Assembly (NCBI GenBank): GCA_040005235.1 | Contig: JBDTZG010000005.1 | Location: 117,185-181,184 of the forward strand | Source: Acidobacteriota bacterium | GTDB lineage: Bacteria; Acidobacteriota; Thermoanaerobaculia; Multivoradales; UBA5704 | Reading direction: 5' to 3' | Length of the DNA stretch: 64,000 bases | In this document: one piece after another, positions 38,503-49,438 of the stretch | Layout: each line of letters opens with the position of its first letter | Numbering within the stretch: the stretch's first letter is position 1 | Made by a program: the position numbers and the translations under genes | The notes under the pieces: model-generated | What the model saw: only the letters and a program-made list of their open reading frames with translations | The model's database searches: none | Told to the model about the DNA's origin: nothing

Positions 38503-39975
38503 GTGCGAGCCTCTTCCTCTTCCTCCTCTTCCGACGCCCCCGTGCATCTCCACCTGGACGCCGCGAGCGGCATCGCGGGCGACATGTTCCTCGGCGCCTG
38601 TTTAGACGCCGGCCTGCCGCCCGAGGTGCTGGTCGAGACGATCGAGCGGCTGGGGCTGCCGGGGATCGGTTTCGAGATGCGTCGCGCGGTGCGCGGTGGG
38701 GTGACCGGCATCCGCTTCCGCGTGCTGGAGCACGGCCGTTCGATCGAGGGACCCGACCCGGAAGAAATCGAGACCGGCCCGGCGCACGGGCATCACCATC
38801 ACCCGCATTCCCATGCTCATCCCCACTCGCACGACGATCATGGCCACGAACCCGGGCATTCGCATTCCGACTCCGGCCATTCCCACGGTCACTCCCATGG
38901 CCGGCACCTGTCGGAAATCCGGGGAATGCTCGCCGCGAGCGGTCTCGCCGCCCCGGTTCGCGAGCGGGCCGAGCGGCTGTTCGTCCGGCTGGGCGAGGCG
39001 GAGGCGAAGGTCCACGGGGTGCCGATCGAGCAGGTTCACTTTCACGAGGTCGGCGCGGTCGATTCGATCGTCGATCTGGTGGGCGCTGCCGCGGCGATCG
39101 AGCATTTCCGTCCGGCGCGAATCACCGCCTCGGCGATCAACGTTGGCGGCGGCCGGGTGAAGGCGGCCCATGGCGAGCTCGCGGTGCCCGCTCCGGCGAC
39201 CGCCTTGTTGCTTTCCGGCATTCCGGTCTACGGCAGCGGCGGGGGGGAGCTGACGACGCCGACCGGAGCCACCCTGCTCGCCGAGTTGGTCGACGAATAC
39301 GTCGAGTTTCCCGGCATGATTTCCGAGGCGATCGGCTACGGCCTCGGCAAGCGCGACACCCCCGGCCGGCCGAACGTCTTCCGGGTGATCCGCGGCCGGG
39401 CAACGGTGGGAACCGCGCCGAGCGCGAGCTCGGTCGGGGTGCTCGGCGGGCTCGGCGCTCTGGGGACCCTCGGTCGCCGGGCCGAAGTCGCGGTCGTCGA
39501 GTGCGAGATCGACGACCTGCCCGGCGAAGGATTCGGTTTTCTGATGGAGCGCCTGCTCGCCGCAGGCGCGCTCGATGTCTATTTCACGCCGGTTCAGATG
39601 AAGAAGAACCGGCCGGGTACGCTGGTGACACTGCTCTGCCGCCCCGATCAGCTGGAGCCGCTTGCCGGTCTGCTGCTGCTCGAATCGGGATCGCTCGGCT
39701 GCCGCATCCAACGGGCCGAACGGATCGAGGCCGAGCGCGAGGTGGTGGTGGTCGAAACGCAGTTCGGTCCCGTGGCGGTCAAGCGCGCCCGGCTCGCCGG
39801 CCGAACCTTCGCCGCGGCGCCGGAGTTCGAAGACTGCCGGCGGATCGCGCTCGACCGGGGAATCCCCTGGCGCGACGTCTACCGGCTGGCGAGCGCCGCG
39901 GTCGTCGCGGATGTCGCGGAAATCGCGGACGCCGCCGAGGGGGATCTCGGCCTGACGAAACGAGAGGCGGCATGA
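38503..39975 (+). CDS. larC: Nickel pincer cofactor biosynthesis protein LarC
   Basis: SGIAGDMFLGA, His-rich insert, HFHEVGAVDSIVD, ELTTPTGA, MKKNRPG. Confidence 0.92.
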   Translation: MRASSSSSSSDAPVHLHLDAASGIAGDMFLGACLDAGLPPEVLVETIERLGLPGIGFEMRRAVRGGVTGIRFRVLEHGRSIEGPDPEEIETGPAHGHHHHPHSHAHPHSHDDHGHEPGHSHSDSGHSHGHSHGRHLSEIRGMLAASGLAAPVRERAERLFVRLGEAEAKVHGVPIEQVHFHEVGAVDSIVDLVGAAAAIEHFRPARITASAINVGGGRVKAAHGELAVPAPATALLLSGIPVYGSGGGELTTPTGATLLAELVDEYVEFPGMISEAIGYGLGKRDTPGRPNVFRVIRGRATVGTAPSASSVGVLGGLGALGTLGRRAEVAVVECEIDDLPGEGFGFLMERLLAAGALDVYFTPVQMKKNRPGTLVTLLCRPDQLEPLAGLLLLESGSLGCRIQRAERIEAEREVVVVETQFGPVAVKRARLAGRTFAAAPEFEDCRRIALDRGIPWRDVYRLASAAVVADVAEIADAAEGDLGLTKREAA

Positions 39976-40847
39976 GCCTCGCGGGAGCTACCGGGACGTT
40001 GCGCTCCGGCCTTGCCGGAGGGGGCTGGCTGCGCTGGGTGGCGGTGGACGTCGCCCCGGTGGTCGCCGACGTGCGCGACCGGCTCGACCTGTCGCCCGTC
40101 GCGACCGCGGCACTCGGCCAGGCGCTGGCGAGCGCCGCGCTGCTGCTCCGCCTGTCGCTCAAAGAGATCGGTTCGGTCTCGATCGAGCTGCGCGGAGATG
40201 GCCCGCTCGGCAAGGTCTTCGCCCAAGCCGACGCCGAAGGAAACCTGCGCGGCACGGTCGGCAAGCCGCAGCTCGACCTGCCGCCTCTCGCCGGCGGCGG
40301 ACTCCCGGTGGCGGATGCCATCGGCCAGGGCACCCTCCGCGTCGTCCGCGAGCTGCCTGACGGCGCGAGCCACGACAGCCAGGTGAAACTCACCTCCGGC
40401 GCGATGGGCAACCAGCTCGCCCACTATCTCGACCAGAGCGAACAGACCCGCTCGGCCGTGCTGCTCGGTGTGTTGCTCGAACCGACCGGCATCGGCGGGG
40501 CGGGAGGGGTGATCGTCGAAGCTTTTCCCGGCGTCGCCGAAGAGACGCTCGAACGCCTGGAACAAAACATCGCCGCCCTCCCCGGAGTCGGTCAAATGCT
40601 CGGCCACGGCAACCTCGACCACGCTCTCGCCACCCTGTTCGAAGGCCTCGATTGGGAATCGCTCGACGAAAGCCCCGTCCGCTACCGCTGCCGCTGTAGT
40701 CGAGGCCGCCTGCTCGAAATGCTCCAGCGCCTCCCCCACGAAGAGCTGGCTCCCCTCCGCAATCCGGAAGACGGAGCCATCCCCGCCGAATGCGCCTTCT
40801 GCGGCGCAATCTACCGCTACGCGATGGACGAGATCTCGCCGAACTGA
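39972..40847 (+). CDS. hslO: Hsp33 redox-regulated chaperone
   Basis: DGPLG, YLDQSEQ and the C-terminal zinc motif CRCS...CAFC. Confidence 0.9.
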   Translation: MSLAGATGTLRSGLAGGGWLRWVAVDVAPVVADVRDRLDLSPVATAALGQALASAALLLRLSLKEIGSVSIELRGDGPLGKVFAQADAEGNLRGTVGKPQLDLPPLAGGGLPVADAIGQGTLRVVRELPDGASHDSQVKLTSGAMGNQLAHYLDQSEQTRSAVLLGVLLEPTGIGGAGGVIVEAFPGVAEETLERLEQNIAALPGVGQMLGHGNLDHALATLFEGLDWESLDESPVRYRCRCSRGRLLEMLQRLPHEELAPLRNPEDGAIPAECAFCGAIYRYAMDEISPN

Positions 40848-40906
40848 GGTTGGGGCTGGGCCGGATCGAAGCGCGCGAAACAATGGGTGGAGGGGCTTCG
40901 CCCGCC

Positions 40907-40924
40907 CTGTCACATCGCTGTCAC
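40907..40924 (+). promoter_or_regulatory. Pho box
   Basis: CTGTCAC-atcg-CTGTCAC direct repeat at 11-bp period, matching the PhoB consensus, ~110 nt upstream of pstS. Confidence 0.8.
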
Positions 40925-41031
40925 ACCTCGGCTCCCCACCTGCCAAACCCTGATGCGATCTTTCGGTTCGCTCGGACGGCTTCGGCCGTTTCGCGATCGA
41001 ACTTAAAAGATATCTACCCTGGTTTGGGAGA

Positions 41032-42027
41032 ATGGAGAAAGCGATGAAGCGCAGCTCGAAGATCGCCATGGTCGTGGGGATGGCGTCGTTCGCGGTGCTC
41101 CTGGGAGAGACGTCCCTTCTGGCGCAGGCCGGGAAGGTCGACGCATCGATCCCCGGATATTCGAAGGTGAGCGGCGTCTCGGGCAACGTCAGCTCGGTCG
41201 GCTCGGACACTTTGAACAACGCGATGACGCTGTGGGCCGAAGGGTTCAAGAAGCAGTATCCCAACGTCCGCATTCAGATCGAGGGGAAGGGCTCTTCCAC
41301 CGCGCCGCCGGCATTGATTGCGGGCACCTCGCAGCTCGGGCCGATGAGCCGCGAGATGAAGGCCGAGGAGATCGACCAGTTCGAGAAGAAGTACGGCTAC
41401 AAGCCGACGCAGATCCGGGTGGCGCTCGACGGCATCGGGGTGTTCGTCAACAAGGACAACCCGCTCCAGAGCCTGACGATCAGCCAAGTGGACATGGTGT
41501 TTTCGAAGACCCGGGCCTGCGGCGGCAAGAAGAACGCCGTCAAGTGGGGCGACCTGGGGGCGACGGGCGAATGGGCGAACCAGCCGATCAGCATCTACGG
41601 CCGGAACTCCGCCTCCGGCACGTACGGCTATTTCAAGGAAGTGGCGCTCTGCAAGGGCGACTACAAGGACACGGTCAAAGAGCAGCCGGGTTCGGCGTCG
41701 GTCGTCCAGGGGATTTCGTCCGACCGTTTCGGCATCGGCTACAGCGGCATCGGCTACAAGACCTCGGGGGTCAAGGCTCTGTCGTTGGGCAAGACCGCGG
41801 GGGCGATGTTCAGCGACGATGCGGAAAACGTTTACGCGGGCAAGTATCCGATCTCGCGCTACCTCTACGTCTACATCAACCAGGCTCCGAACAAGCCGCT
41901 CGATCCGCTGGTTCGCGAGTTTGTGAAGTTCATACTCTCCCAGGAAGGGCAGCAGATCGTGGTCAAGGACGGCTTCCTGCCGCTCAAGGCGGCGGTCGCG
42001 TCCCAGGAGCTCGGGAAAGTCAAGTAA
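41032..42027 (+). CDS. pstS: Phosphate ABC transporter substrate-binding protein
   Basis: Signal peptide, [25 protein letters not shown]. Alternative start at 41044. Confidence 0.95.
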   Translation: MEKAMKRSSKIAMVVGMASFAVLLGETSLLAQAGKVDASIPGYSKVSGVSGNVSSVGSDTLNNAMTLWAEGFKKQYPNVRIQIEGKGSSTAPPALIAGTSQLGPMSREMKAEEIDQFEKKYGYKPTQIRVALDGIGVFVNKDNPLQSLTISQVDMVFSKTRACGGKKNAVKWGDLGATGEWANQPISIYGRNSASGTYGYFKEVALCKGDYKDTVKEQPGSASVVQGISSDRFGIGYSGIGYKTSGVKALSLGKTAGAMFSDDAENVYAGKYPISRYLYVYINQAPNKPLDPLVREFVKFILSQEGQQIVVKDGFLPLKAAVASQELGKVK

Positions 42028-42030
42028 AGG

Positions 42031-42133
42031 AATGACGAATGTCGAATCACGAACCGAGAGTTGACCTCTCTCGGTTCTTGGTTCGCCGCTTCGGCATTGC
42101 CCATTTCTGAATCTCGATTCGCCATTCGACATT
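42031..42133. repeat. pstS-pstC intergenic nested inverted repeats with heptameric cgaat units
   Basis: Inner stem gaaccgagag/ctctcggttc (42051-42077); outer pair aatgtcgaat/attcgacatt (42038-42133). Confidence 0.7.
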
Positions 42134-42138
42134 TCCCC

Positions 42139-44400
42139 ATGTCTGAGCCCTCCGAGCCCTCTACTCTCGCCGCGAAGCGCCGGGTCCATCCTCGCCTTCT
42201 ACCGGCGCCCACTCCGCGGCGGCGGTTTTGGGCAGACCGGATCGCCCGTTCGGTGGTTTCCGCCGGGGGGATCGCGATCATCGCGAGCATCCTCGGTATC
42301 CTGGTCTTCATCCTGGTCGAGATCTGGCCCATTTTCGCGCGGCCCCGGGTCGCCCCGGAGCGCACCGCGGAGGTTTCGGGGGCGGTGCTCTCGGCGACGC
42401 TCACCGACGAGCATCGCGAGCTGGTGGCCGCCATCTCTGCCGACGGCCGGGTGGTCGCGGTGCGGGCCGAAAGCGGCAAGGTCGAAGCGGAGCGGCCGAT
42501 CGCAGAACCGGTGATTGCGGTCACCGCCGCCTCGTCTCCTCCCGGCGGCCGGGCGTTGACCGCGGCGCTCGCCGACGGCCGGGTGGCGATCGTGCCGGTC
42601 GGTTTCGATGTGACTTTTGGCGGCGCCGACGGCTCGGTGCGGAAGACCGCGCCGCGATTCGATCCGCCGATCCTACTGCCGCTGGACCCTCTGGGCCGGC
42701 GGCTCCGCGTCTTTGCCGCCCAGCTGGGAGAAGACGGTGGCGCGATCGCGGCGGCGCAGCTGGCGGACGGTACCCTGGCCGTCACCCGCCGGTCGGTCGA
42801 AACCAACGGCATCACCGGCGAAACGACCGAGTCGGTCGATCGTAGCGAGGTGAAGCTCGGCCGACCGCTCACCGCGCTGGTGTTCGACGAGGAGCAGAAG
42901 AACCTGTGGGCCGGAGCGGCCGACGGTGGCCTACTCTGGTGGCGCCTGGACGCCGCGCAGCTTGGGGAAGCGGGGGTTGCGGCGGCCGGCCGTTCCGGCA
43001 TCACGGCGCTCTCGCCGCTTATCGGCGGCCGGTCGCTGGTCGTGGGCCAGGCGAACGGCGCGCTGTCGGTCTGGTTTCCGGTCGAACAGAAGGACGGCGA
43101 GTCCCGCCTCACCCGCGTCCGTGATTTTCCGGCGCTGCCGAGCGCAGTGCGGCTGCTCGCGCCTTCCGGCCGGGGCAAGGGTTTCTTGGCCGCCGACGAA
43201 AGCGGCCGGCTGGGCCTCTATTGGTCGACCTCGGAGCGGACGCTCTGGCTCGGCCGCGGGCCGTTTGCGCAACCGACCGGGCTCGCGTTCAGCCCGAAGG
43301 CCGACGGCGCGGTGCTCGCCGCCGGATCGAAGCTCGCGGAGCTGTCGGTCTTCAATCCGCATCCGGAGATCTCCTGGCGGGCGCTGTTCGGCAAGATCTG
43401 GTACGAGGGGTACCCCGAGCCGGCCTATGCCTGGCAGTCCTCTTCGGCGACCGACGATTTCGAGCCCAAGCTGTCGCTCGTGCCGCTGCTGGTCGGCACG
43501 CTCAAGGGGACCCTCTACTCGCTGCTGCTGGCGATTCCGCTCGGGGTGTTCTCCGCCATGTACATCTCCCAGTTCATGCACCCGGCGTTCAAGCGGGTGC
43601 TCAAGCCGGTGATCGAGATCATGGCCTCACTGCCGAGCGTGGTGCTCGGTTTCTTGGCCGGGCTTTGGCTCGCGCCGCGGGTCGAGCAGGTGCTGCCGGC
43701 ACTTTTTTTATCCTTTCTGATCTTGCCGGGCATGGTCTGGCTCACGGGCAGCCTCTGGCACCTCGTGCCGCTCGAACGGCGCAACCGATTCCGACCCGGC
43801 AGCGAGGCGGGCCTCTATGCGCTTGCGATTCTCGCGGGGCTTGGGCTTTGCTATCTGTTGCGCAAGCCGTTCGAGCAACTTGCGTTCGGCGGCAATTTCC
43901 AGACCTGGCTGCACGCCACCACCGGCTGGACCTACGACCAGAGGAACGCCATCATCGTCGGCTTGGCGATGGGCTTCGCGGTCATCCCGATCATCTTCGC
44001 GATCGCCGAGGACGCGTTTTCGAACGTGCCGCAAAATTTGGTGGCGGGTTCTTTGGCCCTCGGTGCCAACCGCTGGCAGACGGTGACTCGCGTGGTGCTG
44101 CCGACCGCCTCGCCCGGAATCTTTTCCGGCATCATGATCGGCTTCGGCCGGGCGGTCGGCGAGACCATGATCGTGCTGATGGCGACCGGCAACACGCCGA
44201 TCCTCGAATGGAATCCGTTCAACGGTTTCCGCACCCTGTCGGCCAACATCGCGGTCGAGATCCCCGAAGCGGCGCAAGGGGGCTCGCTCTACCGGACGCT
44301 GTTTCTCGCCGCCCTGCTGCTGTTCGCGATGACCTTCCTGGTCAACACCCTCGCCGAGGTCGTGCGGCAGCGGCTCCGCGAACGGTACTCGCAGCTCTAG
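42139..44400 (+). CDS. pstC: Phosphate ABC permease PstC, long form with beta-propeller-like extracytoplasmic domain
   Basis: LASLPSVVLGF-type motif, GSLALGANRWQT, GRAVGETMIV. Confidence 0.9.
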   Translation: MSEPSEPSTLAAKRRVHPRLLPAPTPRRRFWADRIARSVVSAGGIAIIASILGILVFILVEIWPIFARPRVAPERTAEVSGAVLSATLTDEHRELVAAISADGRVVAVRAESGKVEAERPIAEPVIAVTAASSPPGGRALTAALADGRVAIVPVGFDVTFGGADGSVRKTAPRFDPPILLPLDPLGRRLRVFAAQLGEDGGAIAAAQLADGTLAVTRRSVETNGITGETTESVDRSEVKLGRPLTALVFDEEQKNLWAGAADGGLLWWRLDAAQLGEAGVAAAGRSGITALSPLIGGRSLVVGQANGALSVWFPVEQKDGESRLTRVRDFPALPSAVRLLAPSGRGKGFLAADESGRLGLYWSTSERTLWLGRGPFAQPTGLAFSPKADGAVLAAGSKLAELSVFNPHPEISWRALFGKIWYEGYPEPAYAWQSSSATDDFEPKLSLVPLLVGTLKGTLYSLLLAIPLGVFSAMYISQFMHPAFKRVLKPVIEIMASLPSVVLGFLAGLWLAPRVEQVLPALFLSFLILPGMVWLTGSLWHLVPLERRNRFRPGSEAGLYALAILAGLGLCYLLRKPFEQLAFGGNFQTWLHATTGWTYDQRNAIIVGLAMGFAVIPIIFAIAEDAFSNVPQNLVAGSLALGANRWQTVTRVVLPTASPGIFSGIMIGFGRAVGETMIVLMATGNTPILEWNPFNGFRTLSANIAVEIPEAAQGGSLYRTLFLAALLLFAMTFLVNTLAEVVRQRLRERYSQL

Positions 44401-44420
44401 GCCGATTCGGGAAAGAAACG

Positions 44421-46070
44421 ATGACCCGCCCTAGCCCCAAACCGGCCCGACGCCGTTCCGACCTGCTCGGCGATTCGTTCACCGCGCTCTGCGGCGGCGC
44501 TCTCGCGCTCAACCTGCTGCTCGTGGTGGGCATTCTCGCGCTGCTCGCCTGGAACGGCGGCCGGTACTTTTGGCAGCGCGATCTGACCGAGCTGACGATG
44601 AAGGACGGCAAGAAGATCCTGGGCGAAGTCTGGGAGGCCGAGAAGCGCCCGACCGAGGGCCAGCGCGCCGGAGTCGACCGGCTGCGGCTAAAGACCGGCA
44701 ACCGCGACCTCGCCGGGCTCGATTTCGCCTGGATCGATCGCAAAGACATCGCGTCGATCGCCACCCCGCCCAAGGCGCTGCTGCTGGAGCGGCTCGAATA
44801 CGGCAATTTCTACGGCTCGATCCGCGAGATCCACGTCGACGGCAAAACCGTGGCGACCGGCGCGGAGGCCTCGTGGCGCACGTTCGGTCCGCTGCACGAG
44901 AAGAAGCGCGTCGAGCAGAAAGCGGTCGAGAAGCTGGAAAAAGGGGAGATCGGCGAGATCAACGCCGCGATCGAGGCGCTGCGCCTGGATCAGAAGAAAC
45001 TCGATCATTCGACCTTGCCACCGGCCGACAAAGCGCAACGCTCCGCGGCGCTTGCCCAGGACCTCGCCGAGCGCGAGGCCGAATACCAGAAGCTCGCCGA
45101 CCGCCTCTCGGCGATGCGCACGGCGCTCGAACGCGACACGGTGGTGCTGGAAGCGGTGGACGGAACGACGAAGGAGATGCCGCTCTCCGGCATCGTCCAG
45201 GCGATCCGGCCAAACTCGATGAGCGGCTGGGGCAAGAGCCGGCTCTACTTCCACCGGATCTGGAGCTTCATCACCGACGATCCGCGCGAATCGAACACCG
45301 AAGGGGGCATCTTCCCCTCGATCTTCGGCACCGTGATGATGGTCTTCCTGATGAGCTTCGCGGTCGTTCCGCTCGGTGTGCTCGCCGCGCTCTACTTGCG
45401 GGAGTACGCCAAGCAGGGCCCCCTGGTGCGGATGGTGCGGATCGCGGTCAACAATCTGGCGGGCGTGCCGTCGATCGTCTTCGGCGTCTTCGGCCTCGGT
45501 TTCTTCGTCTATCTGATCGGTGGCTCGATTGACCGGATCTTCTATCCCGAATCGCTGCCGACGCCGACGTTCGGCACCGGTGGCATCCTCTGGGCGGCGC
45601 TCACGCTCGCGCTGCTCACCGTGCCGGTCGTCATCGTCGCGGCGGAAGAGGGTCTCGCCGCGGTGCCGCGCATTGTCCGCGAAGGATCGCTCGCTCTCGG
45701 CGCCACCAAGTTCGAGACGCTCTGGCGGGTCGTCCTGCCCGCCGCGGCGCCCGGAATTCTCACCGGCATGATCCTCGCCATGGCGCGCGCCGCGGGCGAG
45801 GTGGCGCCGCTGATGATCGTCGGCATGGTCAAGCTCGCACCGGCCCTGCCGGTCGACGGCCATGCGCCGTTCATCCATTTCGAGCGCAAATTCATGCACC
45901 TCGGGTTTCACATCTACGACGTCGGTTTCCAGAGCCCGAACATCGAGGCGACGACGCCCTTGGTGTTCGCGACCGCCTTGCTGTTGATCATCGTGGTGAC
46001 GATTATGAACCTCGCAGCGATCGCGCTGCGCAACCACCTGCGCAAAAAGTATGCGGGGAGCGCCGTATGA
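44421..46070 (+). CDS. pstA: Phosphate ABC permease PstA, long form
   Basis: [38 protein letters not shown]. Confidence 0.92.
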   Translation: MTRPSPKPARRRSDLLGDSFTALCGGALALNLLLVVGILALLAWNGGRYFWQRDLTELTMKDGKKILGEVWEAEKRPTEGQRAGVDRLRLKTGNRDLAGLDFAWIDRKDIASIATPPKALLLERLEYGNFYGSIREIHVDGKTVATGAEASWRTFGPLHEKKRVEQKAVEKLEKGEIGEINAAIEALRLDQKKLDHSTLPPADKAQRSAALAQDLAEREAEYQKLADRLSAMRTALERDTVVLEAVDGTTKEMPLSGIVQAIRPNSMSGWGKSRLYFHRIWSFITDDPRESNTEGGIFPSIFGTVMMVFLMSFAVVPLGVLAALYLREYAKQGPLVRMVRIAVNNLAGVPSIVFGVFGLGFFVYLIGGSIDRIFYPESLPTPTFGTGGILWAALTLALLTVPVVIVAAEEGLAAVPRIVREGSLALGATKFETLWRVVLPAAAPGILTGMILAMARAAGEVAPLMIVGMVKLAPALPVDGHAPFIHFERKFMHLGFHIYDVGFQSPNIEATTPLVFATALLLIIVVTIMNLAAIALRNHLRKKYAGSAV

Positions 46071-46954
46071 TCGGCACCGTTGTGACGGAAGCTCATTCGA
46101 GGAGAGAGCGGATGCAGGAGCTCGCCCCCAGCCCCCTTCCGGCCGCCGCCCGAGAGGCGTCTGCCGTCGGCCGCGATCTTTCGTTCTCGCCCCAGATCGA
46201 CGATCCGATTCTTGAGGTCGATCGCCTGTCCCTCTGGTACGGCGAGAAGAAGGCGCTCAAAGAGATCTCGCTCAAGATCCCGCCCAAGAAGATCACCGCG
46301 TTCATCGGACCCTCCGGCTGCGGCAAGTCGACGCTGCTGCGGTGCGTCAACCGGCTGAACGACCTGGTGGACGGCGTGCGCACCGAAGGCGACATCCGCT
46401 TCGAGGGGGAGAGCATCTACGACCCGAATCTGGACATCAACCGCCTGCGCAAGCGCATCGGCATGGTGTTTCAGAAATCGAATCCGTTCCCCAAGTCGAT
46501 CTACGAAAACGTTGCGTACGGCGCGCGCATCCAAGGAATCAAAAAGAAGGCCGAGCTGGACGAGATCGTCGAGCGGAGCCTGCACCGCGCTGCGCTTTGG
46601 GACGAGGTGAAGGACCGCCTCGACGAAAGCGCTCTCGGCATGTCGGGCGGCCAGCAGCAGCGCCTGTGCATCGCCCGGGCGATCGCGGTCGAGCCCGAAG
46701 TGATCCTGCTCGACGAGCCCTGCTCCGCACTCGATCCGATCGCCACCGCCCGGATCGAGGAGCTGATGCAGGATCTCAAAGATCAGTACACCCAGGTGAT
46801 CGTCACGCACAACATGCAGCAGGCCTCGCGGGTCTCGGACTACACCGCATTCCTCTACCTGGGCGAGCTGATCGAATACGGGGACACCGGCAAACTGTTC
46901 ATCAACCCAATCAAGAAGCAGACCGAGGACTACATTACGGGCCGGTTCGGCTGA
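46067..46954 (+). CDS. pstB: Phosphate ABC transporter ATP-binding protein
   Basis: [38 protein letters not shown]. Alternative start at 46112. Confidence 0.96.
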   Translation: MIGTVVTEAHSRRERMQELAPSPLPAAAREASAVGRDLSFSPQIDDPILEVDRLSLWYGEKKALKEISLKIPPKKITAFIGPSGCGKSTLLRCVNRLNDLVDGVRTEGDIRFEGESIYDPNLDINRLRKRIGMVFQKSNPFPKSIYENVAYGARIQGIKKKAELDEIVERSLHRAALWDEVKDRLDESALGMSGGQQQRLCIARAIAVEPEVILLDEPCSALDPIATARIEELMQDLKDQYTQVIVTHNMQQASRVSDYTAFLYLGELIEYGDTGKLFINPIKKQTEDYITGRFG

Positions 46955-46961
46955 GCTATTT

Positions 46962-48164
46962 TCAGGCCAACGCCAGCCGCAGTTTCTGCCGTCCGTACAA
47001 GCCGTCGAGCGTCGCCTTGAGGGGGATCTCGTCGCCAGGTTTTACTTCCCTGGCCTGGGGGAGGATGCGGATGTCGTGGCCCCAGTGGGTGGCGGGCGCG
47101 TCGGGGGCGGTCGAGAGGACGATCTCGTCGTCGAAGCGGGCGCGGAAGAAGATCACCAGGGCGCCGAGGTTTCCGGCGGCTTGGATCGCGAGGCACGGCT
47201 TCGGCGCTTGGGCCGGCATCGTGAGGTCGTCGGTGGCGAAATCGAGTGAAAACAGCGGACACTCGGCCGAGAGCGTCCGATACGACGGTTCTCGCGCCAT
47301 CGACCGTAGGGCCTGCGGATCGAGCTTGGCCAGGCGTTCGAGCCAGGGCGCCATCTCCAGACCGAACCGGTCGGCGTAGGCGGATGCCTCCGTGCGAATC
47401 TTCTGTGGGTCCTGAAGGCCGCTCGCCGCGCTGTCGATCCCCACGCAGGCGACCTCCAGGCGGGCGGGCAGGAATCGCGCGCCGGGTGCCAAGAGGCGGG
47501 CCTTGGCGTCGGCCAGGGCGGGCAGCAAATTCTCCTCGAACGGGTCGGTGCCGAACAGCTCGTGGATCAATACCTCCGCCGGCCGGTCGAGGTGCACGTC
47601 ACGGCTGTTGCCTCGATGGAGGGTGACCGGCACGCCGCAGGGATTGGCCGCGAACAGCTCCGCGGCGGCCTCGGCGATCGTGCTCTCCTCGATCGCGTCG
47701 ACCGAGAGAGCCCCCGCGCGGGCGGCGAACAGAGACAACACCCCGGTGCCGCAGCCGATCTCCATCACGTGTCGCCCGGGGCAATAGCGTTCGATCGCGG
47801 CGCGGTAGGCATCGACCCGCAGCCCGTCGCGGAGCATGTGGTGATGGGTGAACGGCGAAGCGAAGCCGGAGGTCGCGAGCATCGGCTCGGTCGCCTGGTC
47901 GCCTTCGGGGGTGATCAGGTTCTGCTCGATCAGCACTCCGACCGCGGCGGCGAAGCCCTCCTCTTCGATTTCCCAATCCTCGGCCAGACGGGCGAAGACC
48001 TCACGTGGGGTGTCGCCTTTGGCGAACGCGATCAGGACCGGCAGGGCGTCGAGCTCGACCTCTTGGGGCGGGCGCGAGATCGAGTTGGTGCCGACCAGCT
48101 TGCCGGACGGAGACAGGGCAAGGTTCAGCGATCCGGTGGTCCGGTAGCGGGAGTTCCAATCCAT
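46962..48164 (-). CDS. PRMT-like SAM-dependent methyltransferase with an N-terminal wHTH/PqqD-like domain
   Basis: HHHMLRDGLRVDAYRAAI, EIGCGTGVLS, AIEES, double-E loop IHELFGTDPFEE and THW loop (PATHWG). Confidence 0.8.
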   Translation of the reverse strand: MDWNSRYRTTGSLNLALSPSGKLVGTNSISRPPQEVELDALPVLIAFAKGDTPREVFARLAEDWEIEEEGFAAAVGVLIEQNLITPEGDQATEPMLATSGFASPFTHHHMLRDGLRVDAYRAAIERYCPGRHVMEIGCGTGVLSLFAARAGALSVDAIEESTIAEAAAELFAANPCGVPVTLHRGNSRDVHLDRPAEVLIHELFGTDPFEENLLPALADAKARLLAPGARFLPARLEVACVGIDSAASGLQDPQKIRTEASAYADRFGLEMAPWLERLAKLDPQALRSMAREPSYRTLSAECPLFSLDFATDDLTMPAQAPKPCLAIQAAGNLGALVIFFRARFDDEIVLSTAPDAPATHWGHDIRILPQAREVKPGDEIPLKATLDGLYGRQKLRLALA

Positions 48165-48340
48165 GGCGAAGATTGTAGCGGCCGGAAGAAGGCGCCTCTC
48201 GGCCGCCATTGTTGCGGGTTTGCTCTCTCGATACAAGACTTGACGGTCGAACGGAGGGTCAGTGTCTCGCTTGCCCCTATTGCTCCCACTACTACAGGGT
48301 GGACCGTTGTGCCTCTTTCTCTTCCCCTACGGAGCTCGTC

Positions 48341-49438
48341 ATGACCGAACCGATGGCCAAACCCTCCCTCAAATCGATCGGCCAGCCGATGCGCCGGGCC
48401 GTTAGCGTATCGACTGAAGACCTGGTGCATTCCGAGGCCCTTCCGGGCGGCGGCAAGCTGCCGCTCGTCCTGCGTCCTTCGGTCCCCGGCGTCGATCTCG
48501 CCGCATGGGCCGAAGGGCACCGCGCGCAGTTGACCGAGCAGCTGCTGGAGCACGGCGGCCTGCTGTTCCGCGGCTTCCCCATAGCCCAGGTCGACGAGTT
48601 CGAGCGCGCCTTTCGCTCGATCGCGGGCGACATGTTGGAGTACAAGGAGCGCTCTTCGCCGCGCCATACCGTGGCGGGGAAGGTCTACACCTCGACCGAC
48701 TATCCGCCGGATCAGCCGATCTTCCTGCACAACGAGAACTCGTATCAGAACGCCTGGCCGATGCGTATCGGGTTCTTCTCCTTCAAATGCGCGACCCGCG
48801 GCGGCGAGACGCCGATCGCCGACACCCGGAAGATCTTCGAGCGGATCGATCCAGAGATCCGGCAGAAGTTCATCGACAAGAAGTGGACCTACGTCCGCAA
48901 CTTCGGCGACGGTTTCGGCCTTCCCTGGCGGGAGGTGTTCCAGACCGACGACCGCGCCCAGGTCGAGGCTCATTGCGCCAAGAGCGGCATCCAGGTGGAG
49001 TGGAAGGACGGCGATCGCCTGCGCACCCGCGCGGTGCGCCCGGCGATTTCGCGCCATCCGTACACGGGAGAGCTGGTCTGGTTCAACCATGCGACGTTTT
49101 TCAACGTCTCGACCATGGCGCCGAGCGTCCGCGAAGCCCTGCTCGACGAGTTCGACATCGAGGACCTGCCGACCCATACCTACTACGGGGACGGTTCGCC
49201 GATCGAGGACGACGTGCTCGACCACCTGCGCGCCTGTTACGACGCCGAGACGGTCAAGTTCCTCTGGGAGCCGGGCGATCTGCTGATGCTCGACAACATG
49301 CTCGCCGCCCATGGGCGTTCGACTTTCGAAGGGGAGCGCAAGGTGCTGGTCGCGATGGCCGACCCCAAAACCTGGACCGAGCTGGCCGAAGTCGACAGCC
49401 CCGCCATTGCGGTGGGAGCCGCGCCGGTGCATGGCTGA
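48341..49438 (+). CDS. TauD/TfdA Fe(II)/2-OG dioxygenase, SyrP-like
   Basis: VYTSTDYP, LHNENSY, GGETP, WFNHA, DNMLAAHGR. Confidence 0.9.
   Translation: MTEPMAKPSLKSIGQPMRRAVSVSTEDLVHSEALPGGGKLPLVLRPSVPGVDLAAWAEGHRAQLTEQLLEHGGLLFRGFPIAQVDEFERAFRSIAGDMLEYKERSSPRHTVAGKVYTSTDYPPDQPIFLHNENSYQNAWPMRIGFFSFKCATRGGETPIADTRKIFERIDPEIRQKFIDKKWTYVRNFGDGFGLPWREVFQTDDRAQVEAHCAKSGIQVEWKDGDRLRTRAVRPAISRHPYTGELVWFNHATFFNVSTMAPSVREALLDEFDIEDLPTHTYYGDGSPIEDDVLDHLRACYDAETVKFLWEPGDLLMLDNMLAAHGRSTFEGERKVLVAMADPKTWTELAEVDSPAIAVGAAPVHG

Noticed and set aside
48165-48340. RiPP precursor peptide between the methyltransferase and dioxygenase
   Set aside because: No convincing short ORF with an RBS was found by eye.
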